Of a stretch of 56,611 bases of DNA, positions 20,101 through 28,366 are shown piece after piece. This DNA comes from Gemmatimonadota bacterium. GTDB taxonomy: Bacteria; Latescibacterota; UBA2968; UBA8231. The stretch is from positions 1-56,611 of the forward strand of contig JAYOYH010000029.1 of assembly GCA_038153405.1 (NCBI GenBank), written 5' to 3'. How positions within the stretch are numbered: the first letter of the stretch is position 1; the number at the start of each line of letters is the position of its first letter. Below the pieces are notes generated by a model. That model had not been told where the DNA came from. It saw only the letters and a list, made by a program, of their open reading frames with translations, and searched no databases. The translations under genes were made by a program, and so were the position numbers.

Positions 20101-20916
20101 CGCTGCAGAGCATACCACGTGGCGAAAACCGCATGCGCGCAGGAAGTTGGCAACGCGTTCTTCGTGGGCTGGTTCGACATAGCTGTGCATCAGCGCTACG
20201 GCCGCCGTATCTATGCCGCGCTCCACCAATTCCACCGCACGCACGCGCAGCGCCTCTTCGTCCAGCGCAGATACGACATTGCCCGCTGCATCTAGGCGTT
20301 CGTCCACTTCGACTACGGCCTCGTAAAGTGGCTCTGGCCGCTCGATATGCAGCGCGAATAGATCGGGACGCGCCTGCGTGCCAATGCGCAACAAATCGGC
20401 AAATCCACGCGTGATAAAAAGCGCCGTAGGCACACCGCGCCGCTCCAGCAGCGCATTGGTAGCCCGGGTAGTGCCCAAGCGCATCGCCAGTGCGGGCAGT
20501 TCGGCCGGCGAAGCGGCGCCGGTGACTAGTTGGGCGGCTAAAATCGGCGCCTCGTGCGGGCTGCGCACCTCAAACGACGCGCCGGCGGGACAGGCGAGCG
20601 GCCCGTCCAAGTCCACTGTAGCCGACTCGGCATCGCACGCTACGACTCGGCGCAGTTCGGCCTCGTCTTCGCTCAACAGCACAAAGGAGAAGCCGCTCAC
20701 GACTCGTGCACCGGCTAGCCAATCGGCGCGAATGCGCAGTCGCTGGGGGGCCAGTTGCTCAATTACTACGCCGCGCAGGGCGCTACTGCTGAGCACCTTG
20801 ACGCGGCGCACGGCGCGATCGGGCCCCACCGCCAAACAGTCGGTAAACGTACCTCCGGTATCAATCCAGATTCGCCATCTGGCCGCATCGGACATCGTCA
20901 CTTCTCTTTCGCCCAT
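17122..20916 (-). CDS. 5-oxoprolinase / hydantoinase A+B fusion
   Basis: DTGGTFTD, TTRATNALLER, SGPAGG, DMGGTSTD, NIKERLDFSCA, HIPVHLG, NHPGYGGSHLPD, HMTNT. Start may be 20895. Confidence 0.95.
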   Translation of the reverse strand: MGEREVTMSDAARWRIWIDTGGTFTDCLAVGPDRAVRRVKVLSSSALRGVVIEQLAPQRLRIRADWLAGARVVSGFSFVLLSEDEAELRRVVACDAESATVDLDGPLACPAGASFEVRSPHEAPILAAQLVTGAASPAELPALAMRLGTTRATNALLERRGVPTALFITRGFADLLRIGTQARPDLFALHIERPEPLYEAVVEVDERLDAAGNVVSALDEEALRVRAVELVERGIDTAAVALMHSYVEPAHEERVANFLRACGFRHVVCSAARAPFINVLSRAQTAVVDAYVGPVVDAYLDGVQRALGDGTLHVMTSAGGLLAASEFCAKDSLLSGPAGGVVGAALAGRRAGFERVISFDMGGTSTDVARVDGAYEYAFEHEVGDAHLVAPALAIETVAAGGGSICSARAGRLRVGPESAGARPGPACYGAGGPLTLTDVNLLLGRLDPERFGIPIHREPAEQRLDEIVEALRRDGAAVPAREALLSGFVEIADERMADAIRRISLQRGYDPSEYALVAFGGAGAQHACGVAERLGIEEVLVPVDAGLLSASGIGHAAIERFAERQILRPLDEVGTALAEVMDQVQGEALARIGREGSERAQVQRRIVELRFVGQDEPLALDWCENLQEAFVARHLELYGYEPEARRIEVVAVRAVAAVLDAGDERVEQSLCDDAPVPQRAVRLWADDAWHDAALYDRSALHPGAQLDGPALVFEAHSATVVGSAWRAQVDVHGSLLLRRATGLQRAEKKRPEAVRLELFINGLRSVARDMGAVLQRTALSTNIKERLDFSCALLDVEGKLVVNAPHIPVHLGALGLCVRAVAQRLDLCPGDTVVTNHPGYGGSHLPDITLITPVFSREDALLGYVASRAHHAEIGGVRPGSMPPHATRLAEEGVVIAPMHLARAGRVDWSTMRALLSQGPHPSRAVEDNLADLAAALAANYRGVEGLRALFERHGQQAAHYMALLQSEAAEGVRRALRRLGDGVYAAREEMDDGTPIAVRIEVCDGSARVDWSGTGSVHPGNLNATPAIAHSALLYVLRLLVAEDLPLNEGMLDPIDMQLPHGSLLSPDFAQSPSRAPAVVGGNVETSQRLVAALLRALECCAGSQATMNNVLFGNERFGYYETVCGGTGAGAHFHGADAVHSHMTNTRITDPEILEHRYPVRVERFAIRRGSGGKGLFCGGDGAVRCLCFLEEMDLSLLTQQRRLGAYGLRGGQRGSVGRQWVERADGTRVELAAIDGCRVYPGDRLVLETPGGGAFGEEIK

Positions 20917-20958
20917 TGTGTAAATGGCTTACCGTTGTAGAGCATATCGGGAACAGCT

Positions 20959-21705
20959 ATGTCGATCAGCGTACTAAAGAGCAGCAACCAGAATAGGGGA
21001 TCCTTTGACAACGGGCTCATTCAAGAGCGCAAACCCATTGCCTTTCCCAGCGAACAGCCCGTTCTGCAACCGATCTCCACGCTCTTTTATTGGGCGCACG
21101 CCTGGAGCCTGCACGGCGGCACCATCGCCGAGCATCCGCACCGCGGTTTTGAAATTTGCACCTTTGTTCTCGAGGGCTCCATCGAGCACTACGACGACGC
21201 GACAAAGGGATGGATCGCATTGGAAGCGGGGGATGTGCAGATCATCCGCGCGGGCAGCGGCATACGCCATGCGGAAAAAATAAAGGCGGGGGGACGGATT
21301 TTCCAAATCTGGTTCGACCCCAACTTGAAGCAGAGTCTCAGCGTAGAACCGAGCTACGAAGATTTTCGCGCTTCGTCCTTTGCCGTATCGGAAGGCCTGG
21401 GGATCCGCACCCAAACGCTCGTGGGCTATGGCTCGCCGCTGCGCATGGATGCCCCGACCCGCATCCGCCGCGTGCAGTTTCAGGGCGGCTCGCACGAACT
21501 ACCCCTCACACTTGGGCACCAAGCCGCCGTCTTACTAATCGACGGCGCCATCGCGCTCGGCGGCCAATCGCTAGAGCGCCACGATTTTGCCGTGCTCACC
21601 GACGAGACCAGCCCCGATGTCGAGGCACACCATCCGGCCGATCTCTTTGTAGTGGAAGTACCCTATCCTGCCCCCTACGAAACATTTGCCGAATCGCGCG
21701 CCTAA
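20959..21705 (+). CDS. Pirin family cupin protein
   Basis: HPHRGFE, AGSGIRHAE, QIWF. Confidence 0.9.
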   Translation: MSISVLKSSNQNRGSFDNGLIQERKPIAFPSEQPVLQPISTLFYWAHAWSLHGGTIAEHPHRGFEICTFVLEGSIEHYDDATKGWIALEAGDVQIIRAGSGIRHAEKIKAGGRIFQIWFDPNLKQSLSVEPSYEDFRASSFAVSEGLGIRTQTLVGYGSPLRMDAPTRIRRVQFQGGSHELPLTLGHQAAVLLIDGAIALGGQSLERHDFAVLTDETSPDVEAHHPADLFVVEVPYPAPYETFAESRA

Positions 21706-21720
21706 CCCGCACCCGGCGCC

Positions 21721-22218
21721 TCAGCCGTGTCGCTGGGCCTTCAGAAACCACATCTCGTAGATGGGCACGACGATGCACAGCAGCATCGTCATACCGAGCA
21801 GCGCCGAATTGATCGGCGCCAGCACACCCCAGCCCGCCCCGACATAGCGCACCAACCACGGTTCGGCAATCTCCAGCGCGATGTAGACAAAGCACGAGCT
21901 AATGACAAACGTCTTCCAGCGCGCAGACCAGGCGCTGAGGAGGAATAAGTGGCCCGTCGTCAGAAAGACCATCGGCATGATAAACAGGTGGAAGTGCGCC
22001 GTTTCCACCAATTCCCCCTGCTCTTTAGCAAAGAGCATCTGCTCCTCATCACCGAGATAGTAGGCGGCCGCTCCGCGCGCACTCAGTCCGGTCTTTTCGT
22101 GCGACATGTAGATCGACAGGGCTGCAGCCACCAGCATAAAGACGAGGAAGTAGGTCATGATCAAGCGCGTGTGAAAGTCCATGCGCGCCAGCTGTGAGCG
22201 ATTGCCAAAGTAGCGCAT
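21721..22218 (-). CDS. Four-TM membrane protein with His motif (HFHLF…GHL)
   Basis: Hydrophobic segments; ATG overlaps the upstream TAA. Confidence 0.75.
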   Translation of the reverse strand: MRYFGNRSQLARMDFHTRLIMTYFLVFMLVAAALSIYMSHEKTGLSARGAAAYYLGDEEQMLFAKEQGELVETAHFHLFIMPMVFLTTGHLFLLSAWSARWKTFVISSCFVYIALEIAEPWLVRYVGAGWGVLAPINSALLGMTMLLCIVVPIYEMWFLKAQRHG

Positions 22219-22856
22219 TAGTGCATCGCGCTCTGCGCGGCGCCGTAAAAGTGCTCGGTAAGTGCCAGCACTTTACGCACGCCAAAGTTGAGCGCCCGCA
22301 CCGACAGCGTGGCGCCGCTGATATTGACGATGTCGCGGTTGATGCGAATGGGATCGCGGCTATCTTTCCCGACGTACTGGCGCAAAAAGCGCGGCTGGCG
22401 CACCTGCCCCCCGCGGCTCTCGCGATAGATCAGAATGGCCGCTCCCCGCACGGCGAAATGCGGTTCGATGCCGACGATAAATGTGATGGGGCGAAACTTG
22501 CCAATCTCCTCGGAAACTACCGCATACCCCAGCAGCGCACCATCTTCGCCGTAGGCCGTATCGACGCGCAGACTGTCTTCGGCAAAGGAGCGTCCCAGCG
22601 CTTTGACCAAGTCTCCTTTGGCCTGCATGCTCAAATGATGGACGACCGACTCAAAGTGCACAGCACTGGGAAACAGGTGCGTGCGCCCCTCTTCGGGCTG
22701 CATGTAGACCTGCACGGAACCTATGGCATCGGCGCCTGCCGACGCAGCGGCGCTCAGGGCGAGCGACGCTGCGGCAAAGGCATGCTTAGAAATACGACGC
22801 CACGGAAAGCAGCAGGCCGCTCTTATCCTCGTCTTGATCATAGATTTCATAGTCAA
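22218..22856 (-). CDS. Exported FMN-binding (flavinylation-motif) protein; start uncertain
   Basis: YRESRGGQV…FLRQYVGK…DIVNISGATLS ([S/T]GA[S/T] motif); Ala-rich signal-like segment. Confidence 0.85.
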   Translation of the reverse strand: MTMKSMIKTRIRAACCFPWRRISKHAFAAASLALSAAASAGADAIGSVQVYMQPEEGRTHLFPSAVHFESVVHHLSMQAKGDLVKALGRSFAEDSLRVDTAYGEDGALLGYAVVSEEIGKFRPITFIVGIEPHFAVRGAAILIYRESRGGQVRQPRFLRQYVGKDSRDPIRINRDIVNISGATLSVRALNFGVRKVLALTEHFYGAAQSAMH

Positions 22857-23859
22857 TTTTCACTACGGTTTCTTCTATCGGGCGCCAGTTGAGACCAAGC
22901 GTTATACGCGTTTCGTCGCGCGAGCCGAGATCAATTGCATCATAGCGCAGCGAGGCCGTGCAGACGGAGTTGGGAAAGGCCTGCGGCGCACCGGGCAAAA
23001 AGTGATAGCCAATTTGGGCGTAGTATCCAGAGCGCGCATCGAACTTGGCGCCGTCTACGGAAGCCGCCGCAAACTCGCCGCGCGCTTCGAAAGGACCGCG
23101 ACTGTACACGGCATCCAGCGCGTATATACCCAACCGCCGCTTGCCCTCATCGTCGTAGGCCCCTATGTGGAACGAACCGCCCATCTGCAGACCGAGAAAC
23201 GGACTGTAGCCGATGCGACCGGTGAGCGATTTCTGCTCGTTGTTGTCCGACTTCAGGCTGCCGCGGCCATCACGCAGGCTCTCGGCCGCATCCTCATTAA
23301 AGCCGTTGACCACGTAGAGTTCGTAGTCGAGCACAGCCACTTCACCCGGGTAGAGCGTGCCATACAGTCCCATGCCGGACTCGCTGAGCGTGGTCGGCAC
23401 GATTTCGCGCGCCACCAGCGGCCTGTTGGTCAGGTCGTTGAGCGGGCTGTCGTGATTGAGGTTAAAACCGCCCAGCGGGGCCAGAACGATGCCCGCCCGA
23501 TAGGTCAGCGCTTCGGAAAAGGCGATATCGAGCGCGGCAAATTCGATCTTTATTTCGCCGTCGCTCTCGCCGCTTCCCCCGACGACTCCACCGTGCTCAA
23601 ATTCCAGTTCGGCCAGCACGTGGATACGCTCGTTCACCTCGGCGTGGATGAATGGAATAAAGCGATGCTGGTCGAAGGTCTTCTTCTCTCGATTCCACAG
23701 CAGTTCGTGGTCGATATAGCCCCCCAGCAGCGCACCGCCATCGCCGCCGTTGATATAGGGCTTATCGTATTGATGTCCTCCGACTGACTGCGCCGCTCCG
23801 TCATAGGGCAGCAGTGCGCTGATCCCGCAACACAAAGCAAAAAGATGGATGGCTTTCAT
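22786..23859 (-). CDS. Outer-membrane porin-like beta-barrel
   Basis: Signal peptide MKAIHL…, ELEFEHG, G.FNL.H, alternating strands, C-terminal VASYF. Confidence 0.8.
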   Translation of the reverse strand: MKAIHLFALCCGISALLPYDGAAQSVGGHQYDKPYINGGDGGALLGGYIDHELLWNREKKTFDQHRFIPFIHAEVNERIHVLAELEFEHGGVVGGSGESDGEIKIEFAALDIAFSEALTYRAGIVLAPLGGFNLNHDSPLNDLTNRPLVAREIVPTTLSESGMGLYGTLYPGEVAVLDYELYVVNGFNEDAAESLRDGRGSLKSDNNEQKSLTGRIGYSPFLGLQMGGSFHIGAYDDEGKRRLGIYALDAVYSRGPFEARGEFAAASVDGAKFDARSGYYAQIGYHFLPGAPQAFPNSVCTASLRYDAIDLGSRDETRITLGLNWRPIEETVVKIDYEIYDQDEDKSGLLLSVASYF

Positions 23860-23923
23860 CGCCGTGCTCGTTCGACTTCCCAAATCGCTGCGACTCCCAT
23901 AAAGTAGGTAGTGATAAACAAAG

Positions 23924-23959
23924 GGTTGGCATGCAATCCATGTGTTTTGCATACAGAAC
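23924..23959. promoter_or_regulatory. Two degenerate operator copies just downstream of the porin promoter
   Basis: GGTTGGCATGCAATCC (23924-23939) and GTTTTGCATACAGAAC (23944-23959) resemble the palindrome at 24065. Confidence 0.55.
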
Positions 23960-23970
23960 ACTTGGATAGT

Positions 23971-23999
23971 AAGCTAATTTTAAGCTTCTTAAGTGTCAA
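23971..23999 (-). promoter_or_regulatory. sigma70 promoter for the porin operon
   Basis: TTGACA-17 nt-TAGCTT on the minus strand. Confidence 0.65.
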
Positions 24000-24026
24000 A
24001 TTATTTTTTTGGATGTGAAAATTACA

Positions 24027-24054
24027 TTGACATCGCATAGCCGTTTTCTATATT
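24027..24054 (+). promoter_or_regulatory. sigma70 promoter for feoAB
   Basis: TTGACA-16 nt-TATATT. Confidence 0.65.
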
Positions 24055-24064
24055 TCGTTGTACA

Positions 24065-24080
24065 GTTTGGCATGCCAAAC
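24065..24080. promoter_or_regulatory. Perfect 16-bp palindromic operator
   Basis: GTTTGGCATGCCAAAC, about 10 nt downstream of the feo -10 box. Confidence 0.65.
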
Positions 24081-24155
24081 ATAAAATGGCAAGCCCAAAC
24101 AGCTATATTGCGGTCCAACCTTGCGTTCGTTGTCATTAACGAAAGTGTTGCTTTC

Positions 24156-24440
24156 ATGCATGCAGCCATTCAGAATGTCCAAGCATCGCCTCTGAGTCAC
24201 TATCCCGTGGGCAGTCAAGGCACTGTGGCCGAAGTCGCAGGAACGGGGCGCTTTTCAGCCCGCCTACGCGAGTTTGGCCTGCTGCCTGGCGTGCGCGTGC
24301 GCCTGCTGCGCGCCGGGTCTTCCATCGTAGTCCAGATCGGCGAAACGCGCTTGGCGCTGCGCCGCTGCGATGCCGAAGCGATCCGCGTGTGCAGCGATGC
24401 TGCGCTCCTGCCCTCTCCGGCGGCAATGCCTGCGGCCTAA
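24156..24440 (+). CDS. feoA: Ferrous iron transport protein A
   Basis: RLREFGLLPGVRVR…RLALR…A SH3-like FeoA pattern; directly upstream of feoB. Confidence 0.9.
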   Translation: MHAAIQNVQASPLSHYPVGSQGTVAEVAGTGRFSARLREFGLLPGVRVRLLRAGSSIVVQIGETRLALRRCDAEAIRVCSDAALLPSPAAMPAA

Positions 24441-24455
24441 ATATACGCAGGCGAC

Positions 24456-26639
24456 GTGCCAGCTCACTCACGGCGCGATGCGCCGCCCACCATTGCACTA
24501 ATCGGCAATCCCAATACCGGCAAGACGACGCTCTTCAACGCGCTGACTGGACTGTCTCAGCACGTGGGCAATTATCCCGGCGTAACCGTCGAGCGCAAAG
24601 TCGGTTCCCTCGCGTTTGACGACGGGCGCCGCATCGATATAGTCGACCTGCCCGGCACCTATAGTCTATCGGCCCACTCACCGGACGAAATGATCGTCGT
24701 CGACGCGCTCGTCGGCCACCAGAACCACGTCGACTCGATTGACGCCGTGCTGTGCATCGTCGATGCGTCCAACGTCCGGCGCAACTTGTACTTGCTGTCG
24801 CAGTTAGTAGAATGCCAACTACCCGTCGTCGTCGCCCTCAATATGATCGACATCGCCGCTGCGCGGGCCATTCTCATCGACGTCGAGAAGCTGAGCCAGC
24901 GGCTCGGCCTGTCTGTCGTGCCGATATGCGCGCACCGCCGACAGGGACTCGACGCGCTCCGCAGCGCGCTGCGAGCAGCGCTAGATGCGCCCTCTTCGGC
25001 TATCGCACAAAGCACACCCTCTCTGCCCGCAGCCGTCAACGAGGGCGTGCGCGCCGTTCGGGAACGCTTCTCCACGACCGATCGTCCGCTCAACGACCTC
25101 GAAGCTCTGCGCGCCCTTATCGACGCCGACTCGCATATGGAGTCGCGCCTGCTGCGCGCAGCGACGCCGTTTCCCACCGACGAGCTGCGCGCCATGCGCC
25201 AGCGGGCCTTTGGCGACGCCGATCCAGCGGATGTGGAAAGCCAGGCGCGCTATCGGTGGATCGACGAACTGCTCGACGGCACCTTGCACCAAGCGCGAGA
25301 ACTGCACAGCACCCCTTCCGATCGAATCGATCGGGTACTGACCCATCGCATATCCGGCATTGCCCTCTTCGCCCTGCTCAACGCCGTCGTCTTTCAGGCG
25401 ATCTACTCGTGGTCCGGACCATTGATGGATCTTATCGACGACGTCTTTGCCCAAGCGGGCGACTGGGTGGGCCAGGCCATGCCCGAGGGAGCCCTACAAA
25501 GCCTGGTCGTCGACGGCATTATTGGGGGCGTCGGCGGCGTGCTAATCTTTCTGCCGCAGATTGCCATCCTCTTCTTCTTTATCGCCATCCTCGAAGACTG
25601 CGGCTATATGGCGCGCGCAGCCATGCTCATGGACCGGGCATTTAGCCGATGCGGTCTATCGGGAAAGTCCTTTATTCCTCTCTTGTCGAGCTTTGCCTGC
25701 GCCGTGCCGGGCATTATGGCCACGCGCACCATCGAAGACCGGCGCGATCGCTTGGTTACGATTATGGTCGTGCCCCTTATGAGCTGCTCGGCGCGCCTGC
25801 CCGTTTACATTCTCTTTATCGCGGCCTTCGTGCCCGAGCGCACGTGGGCAATGGGCCTGATCAACCTGCAGGGGCTGGCGCTGCTGGCCTTTTATGTGCT
25901 CGGCATCGCCACGGCCATTCCCGTGGCTTTTTTGCTGAAGTGGACCCTGCTCAAAGGTAAACCTACCCCCTTCCTGCTGGAACTGCCCTCCTACAAATGG
26001 CCCGAGCCGCGCACGATCGCCCTGCGCGTGTATCACAGCGGCCGCGCCTTTGTCGTGCGCGCCGGCAGCATCATACTGGCGACGACCATTGCCATGTGGG
26101 CGCTGGCCTATTTTCCGCGCGACGAACAGATCATCGAGCGCTTTGAGAACGAGCGCCAAACGCTCGCAATAGCCGAACGAGAAGCGCTCGACGCGCAGCA
26201 GGCCGCCGCCCTGCTCGAAGCCAGCTATCTCGGCCAGGCGGGTCGCCTGATCGAACCGCTTGTCCGGCCGCTAGGATGGGATTGGCGTATTGGCATGGCC
26301 GTCGTCGCCTCCTTTCCCGCGCGCGAAGTTGTCATCTCCGCTCTGGGCACGATCTACAGTTTGGGAGGGGAACAGGATGAGGGGTCGGACGCGCTGCACG
26401 CGGCCGTGCGCGGAGCTACCTGGCCTGACGGACGCCGCGTGTTTAATCTGCCCGTAGCGCTGTCCATCATGGTCTTTTTCGCCCTCTGCGCACAGTGCCT
26501 ATCTACACTGGCGACCATTCAGCGCGAAACCGGTGCATGGGGATGGGCTGCGTTCTCGTTCTGCTATATGACGGGATTGGCTTATATCGGCGCACTGTTG
26601 ACCTACCAGGTCGGCACCGCACTGGGCTGGAGCAGCTAA
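24456..26639 (+). CDS. feoB: Ferrous iron transport protein B
   Basis: GNPNTGKT, NYPGVTVE, DLPG, NMID; gate motifs FACAVP, MSCSAR, CAQC. Confidence 0.97.
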   Translation: MPAHSRRDAPPTIALIGNPNTGKTTLFNALTGLSQHVGNYPGVTVERKVGSLAFDDGRRIDIVDLPGTYSLSAHSPDEMIVVDALVGHQNHVDSIDAVLCIVDASNVRRNLYLLSQLVECQLPVVVALNMIDIAAARAILIDVEKLSQRLGLSVVPICAHRRQGLDALRSALRAALDAPSSAIAQSTPSLPAAVNEGVRAVRERFSTTDRPLNDLEALRALIDADSHMESRLLRAATPFPTDELRAMRQRAFGDADPADVESQARYRWIDELLDGTLHQARELHSTPSDRIDRVLTHRISGIALFALLNAVVFQAIYSWSGPLMDLIDDVFAQAGDWVGQAMPEGALQSLVVDGIIGGVGGVLIFLPQIAILFFFIAILEDCGYMARAAMLMDRAFSRCGLSGKSFIPLLSSFACAVPGIMATRTIEDRRDRLVTIMVVPLMSCSARLPVYILFIAAFVPERTWAMGLINLQGLALLAFYVLGIATAIPVAFLLKWTLLKGKPTPFLLELPSYKWPEPRTIALRVYHSGRAFVVRAGSIILATTIAMWALAYFPRDEQIIERFENERQTLAIAEREALDAQQAAALLEASYLGQAGRLIEPLVRPLGWDWRIGMAVVASFPAREVVISALGTIYSLGGEQDEGSDALHAAVRGATWPDGRRVFNLPVALSIMVFFALCAQCLSTLATIQRETGAWGWAAFSFCYMTGLAYIGALLTYQVGTALGWSS

Positions 26640-26792
26640 ATGGACTGGCAGACGCCACTGGCTACTGGCCTAGCCGTTGCCGCCGCGCTTTACGCACTGA
26701 GATACTGGCTCAAGCCGCTGCGCAAAAGCCGGTCGTGCCGAAGCGAAACGTCCTGCACAACAGAACCGCTCCTCCAAATAGAAGACCACTGA
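26640..26792 (+). CDS. FeoB-associated small Cys-containing membrane protein (50 aa; absent from the ORF track)
   Basis: ATG directly after the feoB TAA; MDWQTPLATGLAVAAALYALRYWLKPLRKSRSCRSETSCTTEPLLQIEDH. Confidence 0.8.
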   Translation: MDWQTPLATGLAVAAALYALRYWLKPLRKSRSCRSETSCTTEPLLQIEDH

Positions 26793-26799
26793 GCACCCC

Positions 26800-27870
26800 T
26801 CAGGCCCGGCGCGCAAAGCGCTGGCCCTCGTGCTGCGCCACCCATCCATCGAGTTCGAGTTCCAGCAGGGCCGCCGCTATCTGTGCAGAAGAGAATTCGC
26901 TGTTGACCAGTTCGTCAATGTGCAGGGGCTGTGCCCCAAGCAGCGCGTATACCCGACCGGCCAGCCCGGCCGGTGCCGGCGCCGGTGCTGGGGTCTGTGC
27001 CAGCCACGGATTCAGCTCGTCGAGTATGTCGTCGACGGATTCGACGAGCTTTGCACCGTCTTTGAGCAGGGCGTGGCAGCCGGCACTGCTGGCGCGAAAG
27101 ATCTCGCCGGGCACGGCAAAGACCTCGCGCCCCTGTTCGGCGGCACAGCGTGCAGTGATCAGCGCGCCGCTGCGCGCTGCCGCCTCAACGACGACGACCC
27201 CGCGCGACAACCCGCTGATAATGCGATTGCGCCGCGGGAACGAACCCCTGTCGGGCTGCGCCCCCATCGGCTGTTCCGAAACGACGGCACCCGCTCCGAC
27301 GATGTGCCTGTAGAGCGCCGTATGCGAGCGGGGATAGGCCATATCCACGCCGCAGCCCAACACGGCTATCGTCGCCCCGCCCGCTTCCAGCGCCCCGCGG
27401 TGTGCGGCCGCGTCGATGCCCAGCGCCAGACCGCTCAACACGCACACGCCAGCCCGCGCCAGACCAAAGGCCAACGCGCGCGCCACCTGTTCGCCGTAGG
27501 GCGACGGATGGCGCGTGCCGACAATGCCTATGGCCGGTCGCTCCCACTCGGCTTTTCCCAAGCAAAACAGCACCGGCGGCGGATCGTGAATCTGCGACAG
27601 CGCATAGGGATAGGCCACATCGCTCAAGCAGAGCACCTGCCCGCCCAGCGCGTCGATCCGTTCCAACTGGCCATCAGCCCAGTTAAACAGGGCCGGTTGC
27701 GGCGGTTTAATCGATGGCCCCATCGCGTCTTCCCACCGCGAGTGCGAGGCCCCTATAGCCGCCGCTGCCGATCCAAAGAAATCGACCAAACGACGCAGGG
27801 CAACCGGTCCTATACCCGGTGCATGCGCCAGGGCCAGGCAGGCGCGTTTTTCGGCGACGTCATCCCCCAT
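26800..27870 (-). CDS. dprA: DNA processing protein DprA
   Basis: YP..L.QIHDPP, IVGTR, SGLALGID..AH, FPRRNRIISG, SGALITA, GREVFAVPG; C-terminal wHTH. Confidence 0.95.
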   Translation of the reverse strand: MGDDVAEKRACLALAHAPGIGPVALRRLVDFFGSAAAAIGASHSRWEDAMGPSIKPPQPALFNWADGQLERIDALGGQVLCLSDVAYPYALSQIHDPPPVLFCLGKAEWERPAIGIVGTRHPSPYGEQVARALAFGLARAGVCVLSGLALGIDAAAHRGALEAGGATIAVLGCGVDMAYPRSHTALYRHIVGAGAVVSEQPMGAQPDRGSFPRRNRIISGLSRGVVVVEAAARSGALITARCAAEQGREVFAVPGEIFRASSAGCHALLKDGAKLVESVDDILDELNPWLAQTPAPAPAPAGLAGRVYALLGAQPLHIDELVNSEFSSAQIAAALLELELDGWVAQHEGQRFARRA

Positions 27871-28351
27871 TGCGCTGGGTAAATTTCTCTCTTAAACGGC
27901 GTTCAATCGTCGGCGGCACGAACTGGCTCACATCGCCACCCAGCTGTGCCACCTGCCGCACCACAGACGAGCTGAGATACATGTAGTCGACCCGCGTCAT
28001 CAGAAACACCGTATCGAAATCGGCCCATAGTGAGCGATTGGTCAGCGCCATGGAAAACTCGTGCTCAAAGTCGGTTACGGCGCGCAGACCGCGGACCGCC
28101 GTGCCAATTTCGTGGCGCCGCGCATATTCGACCGTGAGCCCTTCGTTATAGTCTACGGAGACCTGCGGCCAGTGGCTTGTCACTTCGGAGATCATCTCCA
28201 TGCTCTCACGCAGGGAAAAAAGCGCCGTCTTTTGCGGATTGATGGAAATGAGAACCGTGACCTGATCGAATATGTCGAGCGCCCGCTCAATGATATTGAG
28301 ATGGCCGTTGGTTATCGGATCAAAACTGCCTGGATAGATCGCTGCTTTCAT
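27860..28351 (-). CDS. coaD: Phosphopantetheine adenylyltransferase
   Basis: YPGSFDPITNGH, RGLR..TDFE.E, SSS.V. Confidence 0.97.
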   Translation of the reverse strand: MKAAIYPGSFDPITNGHLNIIERALDIFDQVTVLISINPQKTALFSLRESMEMISEVTSHWPQVSVDYNEGLTVEYARRHEIGTAVRGLRAVTDFEHEFSMALTNRSLWADFDTVFLMTRVDYMYLSSSVVRQVAQLGGDVSQFVPPTIERRLREKFTQRNGG

Positions 28352-28366
28352 CGGCGGCATTTCTCC

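Noticed and set aside
26830..27882. 350-aa plus-strand ORF opposite dprA (also 22723-23787, 1093-1884, 30634-31512 and similar)
   Set aside because: Antisense shadows of well-supported genes, expected in GC-rich DNA; no recognisable motifs.
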